Source: Azolla caroliniana (taxonomy: Eukaryota > Plantae > Polypodiophyta). From it: DNA of 64,000 bases. The translations under genes were made by a program, and so were the position numbers. The notes beneath the pieces are model-generated. The model searched no databases. It saw only the letters and a list, made by a program, of their open reading frames with translations, and was not told the DNA's origin. Below, piece after piece: positions 12,801-26,754 of the stretch (its first letter is position 1; every line of letters begins with the position of its first letter). Where the stretch lies: NCBI GenBank assembly GCA_043228905.1, contig JBHGNT010000035.1, forward strand, positions 223,327 through 287,326. The letters are read 5' to 3'.

Positions 12801-13299
12801 GAGTGTCCAAATTTTGATTTTTTAATTCCATATCATAGCAAGCGTTGTTAGCTTCAATTCGCATGTTTGAACACAGAAATCCGATATCACACGAGCCAGA
12901 TATGAACATTTTAATTTACCTACTTGCTCTTGTCAACTCCCACCTCAAATTTGCTAATTTCTTCATGTCGCTCGACCTGAGTTTTAAAATCTTGATTTTT
13001 TAATTCCATATCATAGCTAGCGTTGTTAGCTTCAATTCGCATGTTTGAACACAGAAATCCGATATCACACGAGCCAGATATGAACATTTTAATTTACCTA
13101 CTTGCTCTTGTCAACTCCCACCTCAAATTTGCTAATTTCTTCATGTCGCTCGACCTGATTTTTAAAATTTTGATTTTTTAATTCCATATCATAGCTAGCG
13201 TTGTTAGCTTCAATTCGCATGTTTGAACACAGAAATCCGATATCACACGAGCCAGATATGAACATTTTAATTTACCTACTTACTCTTGTCAACTCCTAC

Positions 13300-16200
13300 C
13301 TCAAATTTGCTAATTTCTTCATGTCTCTCGACGTGAGTGTCCAAATCTTGATTTTTTAATTCCATATCATAGCAAGCGTTGTTAGCTTCAATTCCCACGT
13401 TTGAACACAGAAATCCGATATCACACGAGCCAGATATGAACATTTTAATTTACTAACGCGTTGTTCTAAACTCCCGCCTCAAATTTGCTAATTTCTTCAT
13501 GTCTCTCGACGTGAGTGTCCAAATTTTGATTTTTTAATTCCATATCATAGCAAGCGTTGTTAGCTTCAATTCGCATGTTTGAACACAGAAATCCGATATC
13601 ACACGAGCTAGATATGAACATTTTAATTTACCTACTTGCTCTTGTCAACTCCCACCTCAAATTTGCTAATTTCTTCATGTCGCTCGACCTGATTTTTAAA
13701 ATCTTGATTTTTTAATTCCATATCATAGCTAGCGTTGTTAGCTTCAATTCGCATGTTTGAACATAGAAATCCGATATCACACGAGCCAGATATGAACATT
13801 TTAATTTACCTACTGGCTCTTGTCAACTCCCACCTCCAATTTGCTAATTTCTTCATGTCGCTCGACCTGATTTTTAAAACCTTGATTTTTTAATTCCATA
13901 TCATAGCTAGCGTTGTTAGCTACGATTCGCAGGTTTGAACACAAAAATCCGATATCACACGAGCCAGATATGAACATTTTAATTTACCTACTTACTCTTG
14001 TCAACTCCTGCCTCAAATTTGCTAATTTCTTCATGTCTCTCGACTTGAGTGTCCAGATCTTGATTTTTTAATTCCATATCATAGCAAGCGTTGTTAGCTT
14101 CAATTCGCATGTTTGAACACAGAAATACGATATCACACGAGCCAGATATGAACATTTTAATTTACCTACTTGCTCTTGTCAACTCCCACCTCAAATTTGC
14201 TAATTTCTTCATGTCGCTCGACCTGAGTTTTAAAATCTTGATTTTTTAATTCCATATCATAGCTAGCGTTGTTAGCTTCGATTCGCATGTTTGAACACAG
14301 AAATCCGATATCACACGAGCTAGATATGAACATTTTAATTTACCTACTTGCTCTTGTCAACTCCCACCTCAAATTTGCTAATTTCTTCATGTCGCTGGAC
14401 CTGATTTTTAAAATCTTGATTTTTTAATTCCATATCATAGCTAGCGTTGTTAGCTTCAATTCGCATGTTTGAACACAGAAATACGATATCACACGAGCCA
14501 GATATGAACATTTTAATTTACGTACTTGCTCTTGTCAACTCCTACCTCAAATTTGCTAATTTCTTCATGTCTCTCGACGTGAGTGTCCAAATCTTGATTT
14601 TTTAATTCCATATCATAGCAAGCGTTGTTAGCTTCAATTCCCACGTTTGAACACAGAAATCCGATATCACACGAGCCAGATATGAACATTTTAATTTACT
14701 AACGCGTTGTTCTAAACTCCCGCCTCAAATTTGCTAATTTCTTCATGTCTCTCGACGTGAGTGTCCAAATTTTGATTTCTTAATTCCATATCATAGCAAG
14801 CGTTGTTAGCTTCAATTCGCATGTTTGAACACAGAAATCCGATATCACACGAGCTAGATATGAACATTTTAATTTACCTACTTGCTCTTGTCAACTCCCA
14901 CCTCAAATTTGCTAATTTCTTCATGTCGCTCGACCTGATTTTTAAAATCTTGATTTTTTAATTCCATATCATAGCTAGCGTTGTTAGCTTCAATTCGCAT
15001 GTTTGAACATAGAAATCCGATATCACACGAGCCAGATATGAACATTTTAATTTACCTACTGGCTCTTGTCAACTCCCACCTCCAATTTGCTAATTTCTTC
15101 ATGTCGCTCGACCTGATTTTTAAAACCTTGATTTTTTAATTCCATATCATAGCTAGCGTTGTTAGCTACGATTCGCAGGTTTGAACACAAAAATCCGATA
15201 TCACACGAGCCAGATATGAACATTTTAATTTACCTACTTACTCTTGTCAACTCCTGCCTCAAATTTGCTAATTTCTTCATGTCTCTCGACTTGAGTGTCC
15301 AGATCTTGATTTTTTAATTCCATATCATAGCAAGCGTTGTTAGCTTCAATTCGCATGTTTGAACACAGAAATACGATATCACACGAGCCAGATATGAACA
15401 TTTTAATTTACCTACTTGCTCTTGTCAACTCCCACCTCAAATTTGCTAATTTCTTCATGTCGCTCGACCTGAGTTTTAAAATCTTGATTTTTTAATTCCA
15501 TATCATAGCTAGCGTTGTTAGCTTCGATTCGCATGTTTGAACACAGAAATCCGATATCACACGAGCTAGATATGAACATTTTAATTTACCTACTTGCTCT
15601 TGTCAACTCCCACCTCAAATTTGCTAATTTCTTCATGTCGCTGGACCTGATTTTTAAAATCTTGATTTTTTAATTCCATATCATAGCTAGCGTTGTTAGC
15701 TTCAATTCGCATGTTTGAACACAGAAATACGATATCACACGAGCCAGATATGAACATTTTAATTTACGTACTTGCTCTTGTCAACTCCCACCTCAAATTT
15801 GCTAATTTCTTCATGTCGCTCGACCTGAGTTTTAAAATCTTGATTTTTTAATTCCATATCATAGCTAGCGTTGTTAGCTTCGATTCGCATGTTTGAACAC
15901 AGAAATCCGATATCACACGAGCCAGATATGAACATTTTAATTTACCTACTTACTCTTGTCAACTCCTACCTCAAATTTGCTAATTTCTTCATGTCTCTCG
16001 ACGTGAGTGTCCAAATCTTTATTTTTTAATTCCATATCATAGCAAGCGTTGTTAGCTTCAATTCGCATGTTTGAACACAGAAATCCGATATCACACGAGC
16101 TAGATATGAACATTTTAATTTACCTACTTGCTCTTGTCAACTCCCACCTCAAATTTGCTAATTTCTTCATGTCGCTCGACCTGATTTTTAAAATCTTGAT

Positions 16201-18200
16201 TTTTTAATTCCATATCATAGCTAGCGTTGTTAGCTTCAATTCGCATGTTTGAACACAGAAATCCGATATCACACGAGCCAGATATGAACATTTTAATTTA
16301 CCTACTTGCTCTTGTCAACTCTCACCTCAAATTTGCTAATTTCTTCATGTCTCTCGACGTGGGTTTCAAAATCTTGACTTTTTATTTCCATATCATAGCA
16401 AGCGTTGTTAGCTTCAATTCCCACGTTTGAACACAGAAATCCGATATCACACGAGCCAGATATGAACATTTTAATTTACTAACGCGTTGTTCTAAACTCC
16501 CGCCTCAAATTTGCTAATTTCTTCATGTCTCTCGACGTGAGTGTCCAAATTTTGATTTTTTAATTCCATATCATAGCAAGCGTTGTTAGCTTCAATTCGC
16601 ATGTTTGAACACAGAAATCCGATATCACACGAGCTAGATATGAACATTTTAATTTACCTACTTGCTCTTGTCAACTCCCACCTCAAATTTGCTAATTTCT
16701 TCATGTCGCTCGACCTGATTTTTAAAATCTTGATTTTTTAATTCCATATCATAGCTAGCGTTGTTAGCTTCAATTCGCATGTTTGAACATAGAAATCCGA
16801 TATCACACGAGCCAGATATGAACATTTTAATTTACCTACTGGCTCTTGTCAACTCCCACCTCCAATTTGCTAATTTCTTCATGTCGCTCGACCTGATTTT
16901 TAAAACCTTGATTTTTTAATTCCATATCATAGCTAGCGTTGTTAGCTACGATTCGCAGGTTTGAACACAAAAATCCGATATCACACGAGCCAGATATGAA
17001 CATTTTAATTTACCTACTTACTCTTGTCAACTCCTGCCTCAAATTTGCTAATTTCTTCATGTCTCTCGACTTGAGTGTCCAGATCTTGATTTTTTAATTC
17101 CATATCATAGCAAGCGTTGTTAGCTTCAATTCGCATGTTTGAACACAGAAATACGATATCACACGAGCCAGATATGAACATTTTAATTTACCTACTTGCT
17201 CTTGTCAACTCCCACCTCAAATTTGCTAATTTCTTCATGTCGCTCGACCTGAGTTTTAAAATCTTGATTTTTTAATTCCATATCATAGCTAGCGTTGTTA
17301 GCTTCGATTCGCATGTTTGAACACAGAAATCCGATATCACACGAGCTAGATATGAACATTTTAATTTACCTACTTGCTCTTGTCAACTCCCACCTCAAAT
17401 TTGCTAATTTCTTCATGTCGCTGGACCTGATTTTTAAAATCTTGATTTTTTAATTCCATATCATAGCTAGCGTTGTTAGCTTCAATTCGCATGTTTGAAC
17501 ACAGAAATACGATATCACACGAGCCAGATATGAACATTTTAATTTACGTACTTGCTCTTGTCAACTCCCACCTCAAATTTGCTAATTTCTTCATGTCGCT
17601 CGACCTGAGTTTTAAAATCTTGATTTTTTAATTCCATATCATAGCTAGCGTTGTTAGCTTCGATTCGCATGTTTGAACACAGAAATCCGATATCACACGA
17701 GCCAGATATGAACATTTTAATTTACCTACTTACTCTTGTCAACTCCTACCTCAAATTTGCTAATTTCTTCATGTCTCTCGACGTGAGTGTCCAAATCTTT
17801 ATTTTTTAATTCCATATCATAGCAAGCGTTGTTAGCTTCAATTCGCATGTTTGAACACAGAAATCCGATATCACACGAGCTAGATATGAACATTTTAATT
17901 TACCTACTTGCTCTTGTCAACTCCCACCTCAAATTTGCTAATTTCTTCATGTCGCTCGACCTGATTTTTAAAATCTTGATTTTTTAATTCCATATCATAG
18001 CTAGCGTTGTTAGCTTCAATTCGCATGTTTGAACACAGAAATCCGATATCACACGAGCCAGATATGAACATTTTAATTTACCTACTTGCTCTTGTCAACT
18101 CTCACCTCAAATTTGCTAATTTCTTCATGTCTCTCGACGTGGGTTTCAAAATCTTGACTTTTTATTTCCATATCATAGCAAGCGTTGTTAGCTTCAATTC
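13300..18200. repeat. Nested local duplications: 7-monomer (1246 bp) followed by 10-monomer (1780 bp); boundaries approximate
   Basis: TACGATTCGCAGG is at 13921, 15167 and 16947 (offsets 1246, 1780). CTACTGGCTC, ATTCCCACG and TTTACGTAC follow the same offsets. The ORF-bearing monomers at 16227 and 18007 are 1780 apart. Confidence 0.88.
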
Positions 18201-21200
18201 GCATGTTTGAACACAGAAATCCGATATCACACGAGCCAGATATGAACATTTTAATTTACCTAGTTGCTCTTGTCAACTCCCACCTCAAATTTGCTAATTT
18301 CTTCATGTCGCTCGACCGGATTTTTAAATTCTTGATTTTTTAATTCCATCTCATAGCTAGCGTTGTTAGCTTTAATTCGCATGTTTGAACACAAAAATCC
18401 GATATCACACGAGCCAGATATGAACATTTTAATTTACCTACTTACTCTTGTCAACTCCTGCCTCAAATTTGCTAATTTCTTCATGTCTCTCGACTTGAGT
18501 GTCGAAATCTTGATTTTTTAATTCCATATCATAGCAAGCGTTGTTAGCTTCAATTCGCATGTTTGAACACAGAAATCCGATATCACACGAGCTAGATATG
18601 AACATTTTAATTTACCTACTTGCTCTTGTCAACTCCCACCTCAAATTTGCTAATTTCTTCATGTCGCTCGACCTGATTTTTAAAATCTTGATTTTTTAAT
18701 TCCATATCATAGCTAGCGTTGTTAGCTTCAATTCGCATGTTTGAACATAGAAATCCGATATCACACGAGCCAGATATGAACATTTTAATTTACCTACTTG
18801 CTCTTGTCAACTCCCACCTCCAATTTGCTAATTTCTTCATGTCGCTCGACCTGATTTTTAAAACCTTGATTTTTTAATTCCATATCATAGCTAGCGTTGT
18901 TAGCTACGATTCGCAGGTTTGAACACAAAAATCCGATATCACACGAGCCAGATATGAACATTTTAATTTACCTACTTACTCTTGTCAACTCCTGCCTCAA
19001 ATTTGCTAATTTCTTCATGTCTCTCGACTTGAGTGTCCAGATCTTGATTTTTTAATTCCATATCATAGCAAGCGTTGTTAGCTTCAATTCGCATGTTTGA
19101 ACACAGAAATACGATATCACACGAGCCAGATATGAACATTTTAATTTACCTACTTGCTCTTGTCAACTCCCACCTCAAATTTGCTAATTTCTTCATGTCG
19201 CTCGACCTGAGTTTTAAAATCTTGATTTTTTAATTCCATATCATAGCTAGCGTTGTTAGCTTCGATTCGCATGTTTGAACACAGAAATCCGATATCACAC
19301 GAGCTAGATATGAACATTTTAATTTACCTACTTGCTCTTGTCAACTCCCACCTCAAATTTGCTAATTTCTTCATGTCGCTGGACCTGATTTTTAAAATCT
19401 TGATTTTTTAATTCCATATCATAGCTAGCGTTGTTAGCTTCAATTCGCATGTTTGAACACAGAAATACGATATTACACGAGCCAGATATGAACATTTTAA
19501 TTTACCTACTTGCTCTTGTCAACTCCCACCTCAAATTTGCTAATTTCTTCATGTCGCTCGACCTGAGTTTTAAAATCTTGATTTTTTAATTCCATATCAT
19601 AGCTAGCGTTGTTAGCTTCAATTCGCATGTTTGAACACAGAAATCCGATATCACACGAGCTAGATATGAACATTTTAATTTACCTACTTGCTCTTGTCAA
19701 CTCCCACCTCAAATTTGCTAATTTCTTCATGTCGCTGGACCTGATTTTTAAAATTTTGATTTTTTAATTCCGTATCATAGCTAGCGTAGTTAGCTTCGAT
19801 TCGCATGTTTGAACACAAAAATCCGATATCACACGAGCCAGATATGAACATTTTAATTTACCTACTTACTCTTGTCAACTCCTACCTCAAATTTGCTAAT
19901 TTCTTCATGTCTCTCGACGTGAGTGTCCAAATCTTTATTTTTTAATTCCATATCATAGCAAGCGTTGTTAGCTTCAATTCGCATGTTTGAACACAGAAAT
20001 CCGATATCACACGAGCTAGATATGAACATTTTAATTTACCTACTTGCTCTTGTCAACTCCCACCTCAAATTTGCTAATTTCTTCATGTCGCTCGACCTGA
20101 TTTTTAAAATCTTGATTTTTTAATTCCATATCATAGCTGGCGTTGTTAGCTTCAATTCGCATGTTTGAACACAGAAATCCGATATCACACGAGCCAGATA
20201 TGAACATTTTAATTTACCTACTTGCTCTTGTCAACTCCCACCTCAAATTTGCTAATTTCTTCATGTCGCTCGACCTGATTCTTAAAATTTTGATTTTTTA
20301 ATTCCATATCATAGCTAGCGTTGTTAGCTTCGATTCGCATGTTTGAACACAAAAATCCGATATCACACGAGCCAGATATGAACATTTTAATTTACTAACG
20401 CGTTGTTCTAAACTCCCGCCTCAAATTTGCTAATTTCTTCATGTCTCTCGACGTGAGTGTCCAAATTTTGATTTTTTAATTCCATATCATAGCAAGCGTT
20501 GTTAGCTTCAATTCGCATGTTTGAACACAGAAATCCGATATCACACGAGCCAGATATGAACATTTTAATTTACCTACTTGCTCTTGTCAACTCCCACCTC
20601 AAATTTGCTAATTTCTTCATGTCGCTCGACCTGAGTTTTAAAATCTTGATTTTTTAATTCCATATCATAGCTAGCGTTGTTAGCTTCAATTCGCATGTTT
20701 GAACACAGAAATCCGATATCACACGAGCCAGATATGAACATTTTAATTTACCTACTTGCTCTTGTCAACTCCCACCTCAAATTTGCTAATTTCTTCATGT
20801 CGCTCGACCTGATTTTTAAAATTTTGATTTTTTAATTCCATATCATAGCTAGCGTTGTTAGCTTCAATTCGCATGTTTGAACACAGAAATCCGATATCAC
20901 ACGAGCCAGATATGAACATTTTAATTTACCTACTTACTCTTGTCAACTCCTACCTCAAATTTGCTAATTTCTTCATGTCTCTCGACGTGAGTGTCCAAAT
21001 CTTGATTTTTTAATTCCATATCATAGCAAGCGTTGTTAGCTTCAATTCCCACGTTTGAACACAGAAATCCGATATCACACGAGCCAGATATGAACATTTT
21101 AATTTACTAACGCGTTGTTCTAAACTCCCGCCTCAAATTTGCTAATTTCTTCATGTCTCTCGACGTGAGTGTCCAAATTTTGATTTTTTAATTCCATATC

Positions 21201-21870
21201 ATAGCAAGCGTTGTTAGCTTCAATTCGCATGTTTGAACACAGAAATCCGATATCACACGAGCTAGATATGAACATTTTAATTTACCTACTTGCTCTTGTC
21301 AACTCCCACCTCAAATTTGCTAATTTCTTCATGTCGCTCGACCTGATTTTTAAAATCTTGATTTTTTAATTCCATATCATAGCTAGCGTTGTTAGCTTCA
21401 ATTCGCATGTTTGAACATAGAAATCCGATATCACACGAGCCAGATATGAACATTTTAATTTACCTACTTGCTCTTGTCAACTCCCACCTCCAATTTGCTA
21501 ATTTCTTCATGTCGCTCGACCTGATTTTTAAAACCTTGATTTTTTAATTCCATATCATAGCTAGCGTTGTTAGCTACGATTCGCAGGTTTGAACACAAAA
21601 ATCCGATATCACACGAGCCAGATATGAACATTTTAATTTACCTACTTACTCTTGTCAACTCCTGCCTCAAATTTGCTAATTTCTTCATGTCTCTCGACTT
21701 GAGTGTCCAGATCTTGATTTTTTAATTCCATATCATAGCAAGCGTTGTTAGCTTCAATTCGCATGTTTGAACACAGAAATACGATATCACACGAGCCAGA
21801 TATGAACATTTTAATTTACCTACTTGCTCTTGTCAACTCCCACCTCAAATTTGCTAATTTCTTCATGTCG
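17500..21870. repeat. ~24-monomer block, copy 1 of a non-adjacent duplication (offset 9255 bp)
   Basis: ORF variant 18007->27262, TACG marker 18905->28160 and 21575->30830. All offsets are 9255 = 52x178-1. Confidence 0.85.
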
Positions 21871-23930
21871 CTCGACCTGAGTTTTAAAATCTTGATTTTT
21901 TAATTCCATATCATAGCTAGCGTTGTTAGCTTCGATTCGCATGTTTGAACACAGAAATCCGATATCACACGAGCTAGATATGAACATTTTAATTTACCTA
22001 CTTGCTCTTGTCAACTCCCACCTCAAATTTGCTAATTTCTTCATGTCGCTGGACCTGATTTTTAAAATCTTGATTTTTTAATTCCATATCATAGCTAGCG
22101 TTGTTAGCTTCAATTCGCATGTTTGAACATAGAAATCCGATATCACACGAGCCAGATATGAACATTTTAATTTACCTACTTGCTCTTGTCAACTCCCACC
22201 TCCAATTTGCTAATTTCTTCATGTCGCTCGACCTGATTTTTAAAACCTTGATTTTTTAATTCCATATCATAGCTAGCGTTGTTAGCTACGATTCGCAGGT
22301 TTGAACACAAAAATCCGATATCACACGAGCCAGATATGAACATTTTAATTTACCTACTTACTCTTGTCAACTCCTGCCTCAAATTTGCTAATTTCTTCAT
22401 GTCTCTCGACTTGAGTGTCCAAATTTTGATTTTTTAATTCCATATCATAGCAAGCGTTGTTAGCTTCAATTCGCATGTTTGAACACAGAAATCCGATATC
22501 ACACGAGCCAGATATGAACATTTTAATTTACCTACTTGCTCTTGTCAACTCCCACCTCAAATTTGCTAATTTCTTCATGTCGCTCGACCTGAGTTTTAAA
22601 ATCTTGATTTTTTAATTCCATATCATAGCTAGCGTTGTTAGCTTCAATTCGCATGTTTGAACACAGAAATCCGATATCACACGAGCCAGATATGAACATT
22701 TTAATTTACCTACTTGCTCTTGTCAACTCCCACCTCAAATTTGCTAATTTCTTCATGTCGCTCGACCTGATTTTTAAAATTTTGATTTTTTAATTCCATA
22801 TCATAGCTAGCGTTGTTAGCTTCAATTCGCATGTTTGAACACAGAAATCCGATATCACACGAGCCAGATATGAACATTTTAATTTACCTACTTACTCTTG
22901 TCAACTCCTACCTCAAATTTGCTAATTTCTTCATGTCTCTCGACGTGAGTGTCCAAATCTTGATTTTTTAATTCCATATCATAGCAAGCGTTGTTAGCTT
23001 CAATTCCCACGTTTGAACACAGAAATCCGATATCACACGAGCCAGATATGAACATTTTAATTTACTAACGCGTTGTTCTAAACTCCCGCCTCAAATTTGC
23101 TAATTTCTTCATGTCTCTCGACGTGAGTGTCCAAATTTTGATTTCTTAATTCCATATCATAGCAAGCGTTGTTAGCTTCAATTCGCATGTTTGAACACAG
23201 AAATCCGATATCACACGAGCTAGATATGAACATTTTAATTTACCTACTTGCTCTTGTCAACTCCCACCTCAAATTTGCTAATTTCTTCATGTCGCTCGAC
23301 CTGATTTTTAAAATCTTGATTTTTTAATTCCATATCATAGCTAGCGTTGTTAGCTTCAATTCGCATGTTTGAACATAGAAATCCGATATCACACGAGCCA
23401 GATATGAACATTTTAATTTACCTACTTGCTCTTGTCAACTCCCACCTCCAATTTGCTAATTTCTTCATGTCGCTCGACCTGATTTTTAAAACCTTGATTT
23501 TTTAATTCCATATCATAGCTAGCGTTGTTAGCTACGATTCGCAGGTTTGAACACAAAAATCCGATATCACACGAGCCAGATATGAACATTTTAATTTACC
23601 TACTTACTCTTGTCAACTCCTGCCTCAAATTTGCTAATTTCTTCATGTCTCTCGACTTGAGTGTCCAGATCTTGATTTTTTAATTCCATATCATAGCAAG
23701 CGTTGTTAGCTTCAATTCGCATGTTTGAACACAGAAATACGATATCACACGAGCCAGATATGAACATTTTAATTTACCTACTTGCTCTTGTCAACTCCCA
23801 CCTCAAATTTGCTAATTTCTTCATGTCTCTCGACTTGAGTGTCCAGATGTTGATTTTTTAATTCCATATCATAGAAAGCGTTGTTAGCTTCAATTCGCAT
23901 GTTTGAATACAGAAATACGATATCACACGA

Positions 23931-24107
23931 GCCAGATATGAACATTTTAATTTACCTACTTGCTCTTGTCAACTCCCACCTCAAATTTGCTAATTTCTTC
24001 ATGTCACTCGACCTGAGTTTTAAAACTTGATTTTTTAATTCCATATCATAGCTAGCGTTGTTAGCTTCCATTCGCATGTTTGAACACAGAAATCCGATAA
24101 CACACGA
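23931..24107. repeat. Single 177-bp monomer (1-bp deletion)
   Basis: TAAAACTTG replaces TAAAATCTTG at ~24025. The phase of all downstream monomers shifts by 1. Confidence 0.9.
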
Positions 24108-26754
24108 GCCAGATATGAACATTTTAATTTACCTACTTGCTCTTGTCAACTCCCACCTCAAATTTGCTAATTTCTTCATGTCGCTCGACCTGATTTTTAA
24201 AATTTTGATTTTTTAATTCCATATCATAGCTAGCGTTGTTAGCTTCTATTCGCATGTTTGAACACAGAAATCCGATATCACACGAGCCAGATATGAACAT
24301 TTTAATTTACCTACTTGCTCTTGTCAACTCCCACCTCAAATTTGCTAATTTCTTCATGTCGCTCGACGTGGGTTTCAAAATCTTGACTTTTTAATTCCAT
24401 ATCATAGCTAGCGTTGTTAGCTTCAATTCGCATGTTTGAACACAGAAATCCGATATCACACGAGCCAGATATGAACATTTTAATTTACCTACTTGCTCTT
24501 GTCAACTCCCACCTCAAATTTGCTAATTTGTTCATGTCGCTCGACCTGATTTTTAGAATCTTGATTTTTTAATTCCATATCATAGCTAGCGTTGTTAGCT
24601 TCGATTCGCATGTTTGAACACAGAAATCCGATATCACACGAGCTAGATATGAACATTTTAATTTACCTACTTGCTCTTGTCAACTCCCACCTCAAATTTG
24701 CTAATTTCTTCATGTCGCTGGACCTGATTTTTAAAATCTTGATTTTTTAATTCCATATCATAGCTAGCGTTGTTAGCTTCAATTCGCATGTTTGAACACA
24801 GAAATCCGATATCACACGAGCCAGATATGAACATTTTAATTTACCTACTTGCTCTTGTCAACTCCCACCTCAAATTTGCTAATTTCTTCATGTCGCTCGA
24901 CCTGAGTTTTAAAATCTTGATTTTTTAATTCCATATCATAGCTAGCGTTGTTAGCTTCAATTCGCATGTTTGAACACAGAAATCCGATATCACACGAGCT
25001 AGATATGAACATTTTAATTTACCTACTTGCTCTTGTCAACTCCCACCTCAAATTTGCTAATTTCTTCATGTCGCTGGACCTGATTTTTAAAATTTTGATT
25101 TTTTAATTCCGTATCATAGCTAGCGTAGTTAGCTTCGATTCGCATGTTTGAACACAAAAATCCGATATCACACGAGCCAGATATGAACATTTTAATTTAC
25201 CTACTTACTCTTGTCAACTCCTACCTCAAATTTGCTAATTTCTTCATGTCTCTCGACGTGAGTGTCCAAATCTTTATTTTTTAATTCCATATCATAGCAA
25301 GCGTTGTTAGCTTCAATTCGCATGTTTGAACACAGAAATCCGATATCACACGAGCTAGATATGAACATTTTAATTTACCTACTTGCTCTTGTCAACTCCC
25401 ACCTCAAATTTGCTAATTTCTTCATGTCGCTCGACCTGATTTTTAAAATCTTGATTTTTTAATTCCATATCATAGCTAGCGTTGTTAGCTTCAATTCGCA
25501 TGTTTGAACACAGAAATCCGATATCACACGAGCCAGATATGAACATTTTAATTTACCTACTTGCTCTTGTCAACTCCCACCTCAAATTTGCTAATTTCTT
25601 CATGTCGCTCGACCTGATTCTTAAAATTTTGATTTTTTAATTCCATATCATAGCTAGCGTTGTTAGCTTCGATTCGCATGTTTGAACACAAAAATCCGAT
25701 ATCACACGAGCCAGATATGAACATTTTAATTTACTAACGCGTTGTTCTAAACTCCCGCCTCAAATTTGCTAATTTCTTCATGTCTCTCGACGTGAGTGTC
25801 CAAATTTTGATTTTTTAATTCCATATCATAGCAAGCGTTGTTAGCTTCAATTCGCATGTTTGAACACAGAAATCCGATATCACACGAGCCAGATATGAAC
25901 ATTTTAATTTACCTACTTGCTCTTGTCAACTCCCACCTCAAATTTGCTAATTTCTTCATGTCGCTCGACCTGAGTTTTAAAATCTTGATTTTTTAATTCC
26001 ATATCATAGCTAGCGTTGTTAGCTTCAATTCGCATGTTTGAACACAGAAATCCGATATCACACGAGCCAGATATGAACATTTTAATTTACCTACTTGCTC
26101 TTGTCAACTCCCACCTCAAATTTGCTAATTTCTTCATGTCGCTCGACCTGATTTTTAAAATTTTGATTTTTTAATTCCATATCATAGCTAGCGTTGTTAG
26201 CTTCAATTCGCATGTTTGAACACAGAAATCCGATATCACACGAGCCAGATATGAACATTTTAATTTACCTACTTACTCTTGTCAACTCCTACCTCAAATT
26301 TGCTAATTTCTTCATGTCTCTCGACGTGAGTGTCCAAATCTTGATTTTTTAATTCCATATCATAGCAAGCGTTGTTAGCTTCAATTCCCACGTTTGAACA
26401 CAGAAATCCGATATCACACGAGCCAGATATGAACATTTTAATTTACTAACGCGTTGTTCTAAACTCCCGCCTCAAATTTGCTAATTTCTTCATGTCTCTC
26501 GACGTGAGTGTCCAAATTTTGATTTTTTAATTCCATATCATAGCAAGCGTTGTTAGCTTCAATTCGCATGTTTGAACACAGAAATCCGATATCACACGAG
26601 CTAGATATGAACATTTTAATTTACCTACTTGCTCTTGTCAACTCCCACCTCAAATTTGCTAATTTCTTCATGTCGCTCGACCTGATTTTTAAAATCTTGA
26701 TTTTTTAATTCCATATCATAGCTAGCGTTGTTAGCTTCAATTCGCATGTTTGAA

